From: Candidatus Poribacteria bacterium
GTDB lineage: Bacteria; Poribacteria; WGA-4E; WGA-3G
Assembly: GCA_963665235.2 (NCBI GenBank)
Contig: CAXXLX010000001.1
Coordinates: 3,360,001-3,424,000 of the forward strand
Direction of reading: 5' to 3'
DNA length: 64,000 nt
In this document: piece by piece, positions 15,910 to 25,531 of the stretch
Layout: each line of letters begins with the position of its first letter
How positions within the stretch are numbered: position 1 is the first letter of the stretch
The notes under the pieces: generated by a model
What the model was told of the DNA's origin: nothing
Seen by the model: only the letters and a program-made list of their open reading frames with translations
Database searches by the model: none
Program-made: the position numbers and the translations under genes

Positions 15910-18900
15910 ATGCGCAATATAAAAACTACGGTATTCATTCTTTTTGTTTTACAGTTGTTATTTACTTTTGAGTTTGTTGGGCACACGGAACAGGTTACGC
16001 GTCCGGTAACTTATGGGGTTGAGTTTAAGCCCCTAGGTGATGGAATTGATTGGGAAGGCAAAGTTCCTGAAGATTTTGACGCTGTTCACCTGCTTTTTAC
16101 TTTTAGGGTTGATCCTGGGACAGTGTCTGCAGAAATAAACGGCAATATTGAGTTCGATCAGGATAATCGGACGTTGGGAGTACATCCTCGTTTTGTCAAG
16201 GATGATGAGGGCAAATTGTATGTTGGCAAGTTATCGTATTCTGGCGGTGTGATTCTGTCGGGTGAAATCGTGTTTGATTTTGTTCTACCGATACCTTTTT
16301 TCCCAGATATTCCGATAGACTATACGCACCCGATTCCCAGTTTTCCTCAGATAAACAAGAGCTGGGCAAATGAAACTGCTTTTAACTCTTTTCTGCTTGG
16401 GGAAGATGATTCTGTTCAAGTCACGGGTGGTATTCGTAAGCTCTTGTCCGTAGATATTACCGTCGTTGAAATAGCTGAAATTCTGGCTATTGTGCTATCA
16501 CAAGGAACACTGCCACAGAAAATCGCAGACAAAGCAGGGAAAATTATCAAGAAGTATTTAGGTGATGGAGGTATTAAACTTAATGGTGGACTTGAAAACC
16601 GATTTAGATTATCTGGAATAGGTATAATCGTTGATGGGCAACTCATTCGGAGTGTTGATCAGACTGTTTCAACGCCTGGACTAGATCCCAATCTCAGTTC
16701 TTATTCTATACAGAGTAGCTACGATGAAAAGTTCTCTGCCGGACTGGATTTTGTTATTACGAGTGATATTTTCTTTAATTTTGCTCCTTTTGGTATTGAA
16801 GTGTGGAGTTATGAAAAGGAGATTTTTGAATTTCCGATACCTATTGTGCCCGACATAGAGGTAGATGTTTTGGATTTCGCAACGACCCCTGAAATAATCA
16901 CATTCCCGGTAAGTCCAAATGATAGTACGCCAGCAAACCGTGCCCCCGAAGCATCAGGCACTATCTCACCACAAACCGTTCGCATCAATGATGCCCACAC
17001 CACAATAGACATATCGGATAAGTTCACGGACCCAGATAACGATACCCTTAGTTATACTATAGCTATAAGTAACCCTTCGGTGCTTACGACGCAAACAGTT
17101 GCAAATCAGGTAACACTATTGCCCTGGTCCGCTGGCAGCGCGATAGTAACAATCACCGCCGCAGACCCTGACGGTTTAACAGCTACACAGACCTTCTCTG
17201 TCACTGTGCTGCCATCCACCACAGTAAATCGTGCGCCGATCGCTATTGGTACTATTAGCACAAAATCGTTGTACGTAGGTGGATTTTCTTCAACGATAGA
17301 CATATTACAGTATTTCAGTGACCCTGATGGTGATAGTTTGACCTACACAGCAATATCTGCTAATACACATGTTGTGAGCACCGAAGTGTTGACAGGTTCA
17401 AGGATAAGGGTTACACCTGAAGGGAACGGCAGCGCGACGGTGACAGTAACAGCAAGCGACGGCTCGCTTACTGCAATACAGACTTTCTCTGTTAACGTGT
17501 CTACGTTGTTAATTATAGGGAACCGTGCACCTATTGCACAAGGGACGATAAACGCACGGACGATGACGGTCGGTGATGCTTCAACCACGATTAACGTATC
17601 CGGTTATTTTAGTGATCCGGATGGGGACACGCTCACATACACAGTCACATCTAATGATGAAAATGTGGTGAGTGTGCAAAGAACAGGAAGTTCAAGTATA
17701 AGGCTTACACCTGCAAGTGATGGTAGTGCGACGGTGACAGTGACGGCAAGCGATAGCAGCTTGTCGGCCACGCAAAACTTTTCTGTTACTGTTGAGGAAG
17801 CACCTAATGACATTTCTGATTCGCCAGATGTCGTTGTTGAAAACATTTCTGCAGATTATGTAAATAATTATCCTGGGGAAAGATACACGGTGTCTGCTAC
17901 TGTTCGGAATGCGGGAGGAGGTAGAGCATCTCACATTAGACTACGTTACTACCTCTCAGATGATGCAACATATTCAACAGATGATGAAGAATATGAAGGG
18001 CTTGACGATGCTACTGGTGTTTTAGGCAGCGGTGAGGAAAGCCGTGAGAGTGTAGCTTTAGACGCACTCAGCGAGCAAGGATCCTACTATATTATTGCGC
18101 GCGTAGCAAGAGTGCCGGATGAACGGAACACCAGCAATAACTATGCGTCCATCAAAATAACTGTCTTACCACCTAAGGTGCCCGACTTAGTTGTATCACT
18201 TTCCGCGAACAAATATCTTGTAGACGCTAATGATTATTTCAAATTAATAGGTATCGTCCGAAACGTAGGTAAAGAAGATGCTTCTAGTGGAACAACCTTA
18301 CGTTTCTATGCCTCTACAGATGCAACCCTCTCATCAGATGATGAAGAAATAGGCACAGAATACATAAAGGAAAAACAAATCGAAGAGGGGGAATCAGAAG
18401 ACGAGTATTTTGGTCTCCGTGCCCCGCAAAAGCCAGGGGCATACTATTATTTTGCTCGTGTAGACAGCGTGGACAATGAACGTGAGACAGATAATAACTT
18501 TTCCAATGTTGTCATAATCAATGTTCGAGGGCCAGATTTGGTTATAGACTCGGTTTCCGTGGATTATTTTCCCCGAAAACATACCACCGTAAATCCCAAT
18601 GGACATTTTGAACTACAGGCAACCGTTCGAAACCAAGGAACAGATTACAGTTCTTCAACGTACTTGCATTACTACGTTTCCTCAGACGCAACCCTATCGG
18701 ACGATGATACCGAAATCGATACAGCAGACTGGGTTCATTCCTTAGATCCCGGTGAGACAGAGGTCGAAGCGACTAACTATCCAATCCGTACAAATTATGT
18801 GTCAGGATTTTTCTACTGTTTTGTGTGCATAGATGAAGTAGAAGATGAAATTGATACAGACAATAACTGCTCCGATCCTATCAAAATAAAGGTCCGAAAT

Positions 18901-21900
18901 GTAGCTCCACGGGCGAATGGACAGATTCCAGCGCAGACGTTGAATGTAGGAACACCAAGGACTCTGGATATCTCCGATTACTTTACAGATGAAAATAAAG
19001 ATCCTCTTACCTATACCGCAAATTCCAGTGACACCAATATTGCAACGGCTAGCGTGTCCAATGCCCAAGTGCTAATCACACCAATGAATCTGGGCAATAC
19101 GACAATCACCGTAACTGCAAACGATGGTGCCCTTACAGGAACACAGACAATTTCTGTTTCTGTAGCTGCTACCGTATCTGAAGAGACGTGGATGCCAGAC
19201 GCGAATTTACGTGCAGCAACACGCTCGGCTCTTGGACTAAATGCAGGCGATCCGCTCACAAAGCAGAAGATGACTGAATTAACTTCGTTAGAGGCCGATT
19301 CCAGGCAGATAATTAATCTCACAGGATTGGAATATGCGACAAACCTAACGCGCTTAATTGTTCCGCGGAATGAGATAAGGGATCTCACACCCCTACAAAA
19401 CTTAACAACCCTAACGTACATAGACCTGCATTATAATCCAATCAGCGATCTCACACCCCTACAAAACTTGATTGCTCTCACGGTCTTACATATCGGGGCG
19501 AATCAAATGACTAACATCACACCACTCGGAAACCTTACAGCACTGACAGAATTATGGCTCCCATATAACGATCAAATCAGTGACTTCACACCCCTAAGAA
19601 ATCTTACCGCTCTCACGAAATTAATCCTATATCAAACTCAAATGCGGGATCTCACACCGCTCGAAAATCTTACAGGACTTACAGAATTATGGCTGTATGA
19701 TAATGGAATCAGTGACATAGAACCTCTAAAAAGTCTCACTGCTCTCACGTTCTTACAGATCCAGAATAATCAAATCAGTGATGTTTCTTCTCTTGAAGGC
19801 TTAACAGCATTAAGAACTCTACGTCTTTCAGGAAATCCGATCGCAGATTACACACCGCTTCGTAGCCTTAAGGACAAAAATCCGAATCTGTCCACGGATA
19901 TAACGATTCCCACACCTAACCGCGCCCCCGTAGCAGTCGGCACGATTTCGGCACAGTCTTTGACAGTTGGAGGTTCGTCTGTGGCAGTAGATGTCTCTGG
20001 CAACTTCAGTGATGCGGATAACGACACCCTCACCTATACAGCGAGTTCCAGCGACACGAGTGTAGCAACGGTGAGCATGTCTAATGCCCAAATTACAATC
20101 ACACCTATTGCTGCTGGCAGTGCGACAATCACTATAACCGCGAGTGATGGCAGTTTGACAGCAACACAGACGATTGCGGTCAATGTGGCCCCCGTGACAA
20201 ATCGTGCACCTATTGCTGTTGGGACGATTTCAGCACAATCTTTGATAGTTGGGGGTTTGTCCGTGTCTGTGGATGTTTCTGACAACTTCAGTGATGCGGA
20301 TAACGACACCCTCACCTATACGGCAAACTCCAGCAACGCGAGTGTAGCAACGGTGAACGTGTCCGGGGCCCAAGTTACAATCACACCCGTGGCTACAGGC
20401 AGCGCAACAATAACCGTGACAGCGAATGATGGCAGTTTGACAGCAACACAGACGATTGCGGTCAATGTGGCCCCCGTGACAAATCGTGCACCTATTGCTG
20501 TTGGGACGATTTCAGCACAATCTTTGATAGTTGGGGGTTTGTCCGTGTCTGTGGATGTTTCTGACAACTTCAGTGATGCGGATAACGACACCCTCACCTA
20601 TACGGCAAACTCCAGTAACACAAGTGTGGCAACGGTAACCGTGTCCGGTGCCCAAGTTACAATCACACCTGTGACTACAGGGAGTGCGACAATCACTATA
20701 ACCGCCGATGATGGGAGTTTGACAGCAACACAGACTATTGCTGTCACTGTGAATACTGCGCTTGTTGGAAACCGCGCGCCTATTGCTGTCGGCACGATTT
20801 TAGCACAGTCTTTAATAGTTGGGGGTTCATCGGTGTCGGTGGATGTTTCTGGCAACTTCAGTGATGCGGATAATGACACCCTCACCTATACGGCAAGTTC
20901 CAGCAACACAAGTATAGCAACGGTAAGCATATCTAATGCCCAAGTTACAATCACACCCGTGGCTGCAGGGAGCGCAACAATCACTGTAACAGCGAATGAT
21001 GGCGAGTTGACAGCAACACAGACTATCTCGGTTACTGTCACTACCTCCACATCTGAGGAAACATGGATGCCGGATGCCGTTTTACGCGCGAAGGTGCGCG
21101 CCGCACTTGGACTACAAGCAGGCGAGGAACTTACGCAGCAAGCCATGACACAATTAACATCATTATCACTATCAAGCCAACCTGAACAACCAGGCATCCT
21201 CAATCCTACCGGATTGGAACATGCAACGCAACTCAGGACTTTATTCCTTTCAAGTTATTTCGTCAGTGGCAACAGACTCAGCGACATTACACCACTCCAA
21301 AATTTGACAAACCTCACAGACTTGAATCTTGGGTCTAATAATATTAGTGACATTACACCACTCCGAAATTTAACAAACCTCACTCGCTTAATCCTACAAT
21401 ATAATCGAATCAGCGACATTACGCCACTCCAAAATTTAACAAGTCTTTCGCATTTAAGCCTAATTGGCAATCAAATTAACGATGTCACACCGCTTGAAAA
21501 TTTGACATCACTAACGACTTTATACCTTGGAGGAAATTCTATTTCAGATTTGGATCCGCTCCGTAGACTCAAGCAGCAGAATCTGCTTTTGACCATAGAT
21601 ATTGATATCGGTCCTTTAACGCCCAACAGGGCACCGGTAACAGTTGGCACAATTTCAGCACGAACCCTTACAGCTGGAGCGTCCTCCGTTGTTGTGGATG
21701 TTTCGGCGAACTTCAGCGATCCAGATAATGACACCCTTACCTATACAGCGAGTTCCAGTAACACCGGTGTTGCCACAGCGAGCGTGTCCGGTACTCAAGT
21801 TACTATCACCCCCGTGGCAGCAGGCAGCACAACAATCACAGTAACCGCAAGCGATGGCACATTAGCTGCTACGCAAACTACCTCAGTTACGGTAACAGCT

Positions 21901-24900
21901 GCGCCTGTGGCAAATCGCGCACCTATTACTGTGGGAGCAATTGCTAATCAAACGCTGATAGTAGGAAATCCATCAGTAGCGATAGATGTTTCCGGTTACT
22001 TCAGTGATCCGGATAATAACACGCTTACCTATACGGCAAGTTCCAGCGGCACAAGTATCGCAACGGTGACCGTGTCCAGTGCCCAAGTTACAATCACACC
22101 CGTGGCTGCAGGCAATGCTACAATCACTGTAACAGCAAGTGATGGTAGCTTGACAGCAGCACAGACTATCGCTGTTTCTGTTACAGCTACCGTATCTGAG
22201 GAAACATGGATGCCGGATGCCGTTTTACGCGCTGCTGTTCGCGCCACACTTCAACTACAACAAGGTGAAGCGCTCACTCAGCAGGCAATGACAGGATTGA
22301 CAGGAGTAGGTGCGAATGGTAAGCAAATTAGTGATCTCACAGGTTTAGAGCATGCAACAAATATAACATCTTTGCGACTTGATAGTAACCAAATAAGCGA
22401 TCTGACACCCCTACAAAACTTGACAGAGATTACGTATATATCACTTTATAGCAATCCAATCAACAGCATCACGCCCCTACAAAATCTTACAAAACTTACA
22501 AGTCTAACTTTTGGTAATAACCTATCTTCCAATTACAGTCCAGTTCCAATCGGTGATATTACCCCCCTACAAAATCTTACGAAACTCACAAGTCTAACTC
22601 TCAAAAGATGTCAAATTAGTGATATTACCCCCTTGCAAAACCTAACGAACCTTACACAATTAAATTTAGCCGGTAATTCTATTAGTAATCTCACGCCCCT
22701 ACAGAACCTCACGAAACTTACGAGCTTAGAACTGTACAACAATTCAATCAGTAACCTCACCCCTTTGCAAAACCTTACAAACCTTACGAATTTAATACTT
22801 CGCCATAATTCAATCACTGACATTACTGCCCTACAGAACCTTACGAAACTTACGAGCTTATGGATTCGTGGAAATCAGGTCAGCAACATTACCGCCCTAC
22901 AAAACCTTACAGAACTCACATCTTTATATGCTGAGGGATGTTCAATTAGTGACATTACCCCCCTTGCAAAACTTACAAAATTGAAAGTTTTACATATCAG
23001 CTCTAATCAAGTTAGCGACATTACTACTCTGCAAAACTTAACTCAACTTATTCAGTTAGATCTCAGATCCAATCAGATTAGCAATGTTACATCACTGGAA
23101 GGTTTAACGACGCTCAAAACCTTGTATATCTCCGGAAATCAGATTTCGGATTACGCGCCGCTTCGCAGACTCAAAGCAAAGAATTTGGATATGGGAATAG
23201 ATATTACAATTCCGCCAGCACCTGCCCCAAACAATGCGCCTGTAGCAGTTGGCACGATTTCGGCACAATCTTTAACAGCTGGGGGTTCGTCTGTGTCGGT
23301 GGGTGTTTCTGGCAACTTCAGTGATGCGGATAACGACACCCTCACCTATACGGCAAGTTCCAGCAGCACAAGTATCGCAACGGTGAGCGTGTCTAATGCA
23401 CAAGTTACGATCACACCCGTGGCTGCAGGGAGCGCAACAATCACCGTAACGGCAAGTGATGGCAGTTTGACAGCAACACAGACAATCGCTGTCACTGTGG
23501 CAGCTGCTGTGACGAATCGTGCGCCCGTGGCAGTAGGGACGATTTCCGCACAATCCTTGACAGTAGGGGGTTCATCGGCGGCGGTGGATGTCTCTAGCAA
23601 TTTCAGTGATGCGGATAACGACACACTCACCTATACGGCAAGTTCCAGCAGCACGAGTATCGCAACGGTCAGTGTGTCTAGTGCTCAAGTTACAATCACA
23701 CCCGTGGCTGTCGGCAGCGCGACAATTACAGTAACAGCGAGTGATGGCAGTTTGACAGCAACACAGACAATCGCTGTCACTGTGGCAGCTGCACCTGGGA
23801 CAAATCGTGCGCCCGTGGCAGTAGGGACGATTTCCGCACAATCCTTAACAGCTGGTGGTTCATCGGCGGCGGTGGATGTCTCTAGCAATTTCAGTGATGC
23901 GGATAACGACACACTCACCTATACGGCAAGTTCCAGCAGCACGAGTATCGCAACGGTCAGTATGTCTAATGCCCAAGTTACAATCACGCCAGTCGCTGCA
24001 GGAAGTTCAACAATCACCGTAACGGCAAGTGATGGCAGTTTGACAGCAACACAGACAATCGCTGTAACAGTTTCTTCCCCTACTCCGATCTCAATACCTG
24101 ATACGAAGTTAGCAGCGGCTGTCCGAAGTGCCCTCGGTTTGGGAACAAACGGTGTGATTACTCAGGTGAACATTCTCAGATTAACCTACTTGGATGCTCA
24201 GGCCAAGAGCATAGCAAACCTTACCGGACTGGAACATGCAACAAATCTAACGTTTTTACTTCTCAGTGGGAATGCTATAAGCGATGTCGACCCCCTAAAA
24301 AGCTTGACAAAACTAACAAACTTATGGCTCAATGAGAATAATATAAGTGATGTCGACCCCCTAAAAAGCTTGACAAAACTAACGACGTTACTGCTTGATC
24401 GGAATGCTATAAGCGATGTCGACCCCCTAAAAAGCTTGACAAAACTAACAAACTTATCTCTCTGGAAGAATGACATAAGCGATGTCGACCCCCTAAAAAG
24501 CTTGACAAATCTGACGACTTTAAGTCTCAACTATAATGATATAAGCGATGTCACACCCCTCAAAAACTTAACAAACTTACATCATTTATATCTATATTCT
24601 ATTGGCATGAGTGATGTCACACCCCTCAAAGACTTCACAAGCCTGATAGAGTTAAATCTCGGTGAGAATGCTATAAGCGATGTCGACCCCCTAAAAAGCT
24701 TAACAAACCTAACAGGCTTACTTATGGAGAAGAATGATATAAGCGATATCACCCCCCTAAAAAGCTTGACAAACCTAAAATATTTAGCGCTTAATGATAA
24801 TGACATAACCGCTCTACCTACAGGTTTTTTTAAGGGTTTCTCCAATCTCAATGGGACTAATTTGAGAGAAAACCCTGGGACCCCCTTCACCTTAACACTG

Positions 24901-25521
24901 CAACTCGCGCGTACTGACAACACGGATCTTACAGCAGCAAGTCCTGCCACCGTGAAGGTTAAACTCGCCGAAGGCACTCCATTTGACATGAGCGTCACCC
25001 TCTCCGTTACAGGCGGAACACTCTCATCAACTACAGCAACGATTGCAAAGGGCAGTACCGAGAGCAGTGCTATTACGGTGACACAGAGCGGTGCCGGCGC
25101 AACTACTGTCACCCTTGGGACAGCGCCTACAGTTCCATCAAGTTATAGAGGCATCCAGACTGCCGTTGGGAGTTCGCTTGTTCTGTTTAGTTCAGGTGCG
25201 GGGCCGTCTGCCGTAATGGAACAACCCAGCGCAACAACCCTCTTACCAAACTACCCAAATCCGTTCAACCCGGAAACGTGGATACCGTATCAGTTATCAA
25301 AATCCGCGAAGGTCACGTTGACAATCTACAACATAAGAGGAGTTGTCGTTAGGCAATTGGCATTGGGGCATAAGCCTGCCGGTGTCTACTATACCCGAAC
25401 CCGGGCAGCGTATTGGGACGGTAGGAATAATCTCGGTGAGAAAGTCGGAGCAGGACTATATTTTGTCAAATTCAGTGCGGGAAACTATACTGCTGTCCGG
25501 AAGATGGTAATAAAAAAGTAA
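15910..25521 (+). CDS. giant (3203 aa) secreted surface protein: 13 cadherin/Ig-like repeats, 3 CARDB-like domains, 4 internalin-like LRR blocks, C-terminal T9SS-type/FlgD-Ig domain
   Basis: N(R/N/V)AP...FSDxDxDTLTY...VTASDG repeats; PDLVV CARDB starts; WMPDxxLR caps with 22-aa LRRs; C-terminal LLPNYPNPFNPETWIPYQL...RKMVIKK. Confidence 0.9.
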   Translation: MRNIKTTVFILFVLQLLFTFEFVGHTEQVTRPVTYGVEFKPLGDGIDWEGKVPEDFDAVHLLFTFRVDPGTVSAEINGNIEFDQDNRTLGVHPRFVKDDEGKLYVGKLSYSGGVILSGEIVFDFVLPIPFFPDIPIDYTHPIPSFPQINKSWANETAFNSFLLGEDDSVQVTGGIRKLLSVDITVVEIAEILAIVLSQGTLPQKIADKAGKIIKKYLGDGGIKLNGGLENRFRLSGIGIIVDGQLIRSVDQTVSTPGLDPNLSSYSIQSSYDEKFSAGLDFVITSDIFFNFAPFGIEVWSYEKEIFEFPIPIVPDIEVDVLDFATTPEIITFPVSPNDSTPANRAPEASGTISPQTVRINDAHTTIDISDKFTDPDNDTLSYTIAISNPSVLTTQTVANQVTLLPWSAGSAIVTITAADPDGLTATQTFSVTVLPSTTVNRAPIAIGTISTKSLYVGGFSSTIDILQYFSDPDGDSLTYTAISANTHVVSTEVLTGSRIRVTPEGNGSATVTVTASDGSLTAIQTFSVNVSTLLIIGNRAPIAQGTINARTMTVGDASTTINVSGYFSDPDGDTLTYTVTSNDENVVSVQRTGSSSIRLTPASDGSATVTVTASDSSLSATQNFSVTVEEAPNDISDSPDVVVENISADYVNNYPGERYTVSATVRNAGGGRASHIRLRYYLSDDATYSTDDEEYEGLDDATGVLGSGEESRESVALDALSEQGSYYIIARVARVPDERNTSNNYASIKITVLPPKVPDLVVSLSANKYLVDANDYFKLIGIVRNVGKEDASSGTTLRFYASTDATLSSDDEEIGTEYIKEKQIEEGESEDEYFGLRAPQKPGAYYYFARVDSVDNERETDNNFSNVVIINVRGPDLVIDSVSVDYFPRKHTTVNPNGHFELQATVRNQGTDYSSSTYLHYYVSSDATLSDDDTEIDTADWVHSLDPGETEVEATNYPIRTNYVSGFFYCFVCIDEVEDEIDTDNNCSDPIKIKVRNVAPRANGQIPAQTLNVGTPRTLDISDYFTDENKDPLTYTANSSDTNIATASVSNAQVLITPMNLGNTTITVTANDGALTGTQTISVSVAATVSEETWMPDANLRAATRSALGLNAGDPLTKQKMTELTSLEADSRQIINLTGLEYATNLTRLIVPRNEIRDLTPLQNLTTLTYIDLHYNPISDLTPLQNLIALTVLHIGANQMTNITPLGNLTALTELWLPYNDQISDFTPLRNLTALTKLILYQTQMRDLTPLENLTGLTELWLYDNGISDIEPLKSLTALTFLQIQNNQISDVSSLEGLTALRTLRLSGNPIADYTPLRSLKDKNPNLSTDITIPTPNRAPVAVGTISAQSLTVGGSSVAVDVSGNFSDADNDTLTYTASSSDTSVATVSMSNAQITITPIAAGSATITITASDGSLTATQTIAVNVAPVTNRAPIAVGTISAQSLIVGGLSVSVDVSDNFSDADNDTLTYTANSSNASVATVNVSGAQVTITPVATGSATITVTANDGSLTATQTIAVNVAPVTNRAPIAVGTISAQSLIVGGLSVSVDVSDNFSDADNDTLTYTANSSNTSVATVTVSGAQVTITPVTTGSATITITADDGSLTATQTIAVTVNTALVGNRAPIAVGTILAQSLIVGGSSVSVDVSGNFSDADNDTLTYTASSSNTSIATVSISNAQVTITPVAAGSATITVTANDGELTATQTISVTVTTSTSEETWMPDAVLRAKVRAALGLQAGEELTQQAMTQLTSLSLSSQPEQPGILNPTGLEHATQLRTLFLSSYFVSGNRLSDITPLQNLTNLTDLNLGSNNISDITPLRNLTNLTRLILQYNRISDITPLQNLTSLSHLSLIGNQINDVTPLENLTSLTTLYLGGNSISDLDPLRRLKQQNLLLTIDIDIGPLTPNRAPVTVGTISARTLTAGASSVVVDVSANFSDPDNDTLTYTASSSNTGVATASVSGTQVTITPVAAGSTTITVTASDGTLAATQTTSVTVTAAPVANRAPITVGAIANQTLIVGNPSVAIDVSGYFSDPDNNTLTYTASSSGTSIATVTVSSAQVTITPVAAGNATITVTASDGSLTAAQTIAVSVTATVSEETWMPDAVLRAAVRATLQLQQGEALTQQAMTGLTGVGANGKQISDLTGLEHATNITSLRLDSNQISDLTPLQNLTEITYISLYSNPINSITPLQNLTKLTSLTFGNNLSSNYSPVPIGDITPLQNLTKLTSLTLKRCQISDITPLQNLTNLTQLNLAGNSISNLTPLQNLTKLTSLELYNNSISNLTPLQNLTNLTNLILRHNSITDITALQNLTKLTSLWIRGNQVSNITALQNLTELTSLYAEGCSISDITPLAKLTKLKVLHISSNQVSDITTLQNLTQLIQLDLRSNQISNVTSLEGLTTLKTLYISGNQISDYAPLRRLKAKNLDMGIDITIPPAPAPNNAPVAVGTISAQSLTAGGSSVSVGVSGNFSDADNDTLTYTASSSSTSIATVSVSNAQVTITPVAAGSATITVTASDGSLTATQTIAVTVAAAVTNRAPVAVGTISAQSLTVGGSSAAVDVSSNFSDADNDTLTYTASSSSTSIATVSVSSAQVTITPVAVGSATITVTASDGSLTATQTIAVTVAAAPGTNRAPVAVGTISAQSLTAGGSSAAVDVSSNFSDADNDTLTYTASSSSTSIATVSMSNAQVTITPVAAGSSTITVTASDGSLTATQTIAVTVSSPTPISIPDTKLAAAVRSALGLGTNGVITQVNILRLTYLDAQAKSIANLTGLEHATNLTFLLLSGNAISDVDPLKSLTKLTNLWLNENNISDVDPLKSLTKLTTLLLDRNAISDVDPLKSLTKLTNLSLWKNDISDVDPLKSLTNLTTLSLNYNDISDVTPLKNLTNLHHLYLYSIGMSDVTPLKDFTSLIELNLGENAISDVDPLKSLTNLTGLLMEKNDISDITPLKSLTNLKYLALNDNDITALPTGFFKGFSNLNGTNLRENPGTPFTLTLQLARTDNTDLTAASPATVKVKLAEGTPFDMSVTLSVTGGTLSSTTATIAKGSTESSAITVTQSGAGATTVTLGTAPTVPSSYRGIQTAVGSSLVLFSSGAGPSAVMEQPSATTLLPNYPNPFNPETWIPYQLSKSAKVTLTIYNIRGVVVRQLALGHKPAGVYYTRTRAAYWDGRNNLGEKVGAGLYFVKFSAGNYTAVRKMVIKK

Positions 25522-25531
25522 GGAGTAAAAA

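Noticed and set aside
24241-24810. Diversity-generating retroelement target
   Set aside because: No reverse transcriptase or template repeat in the window, and the variation is not adenine-specific.
16416-25112. Recurring minus-strand ORFs (MRVSLSASLK...)
   Set aside because: Antisense shadows of the repeated cadherin-like and LRR modules.
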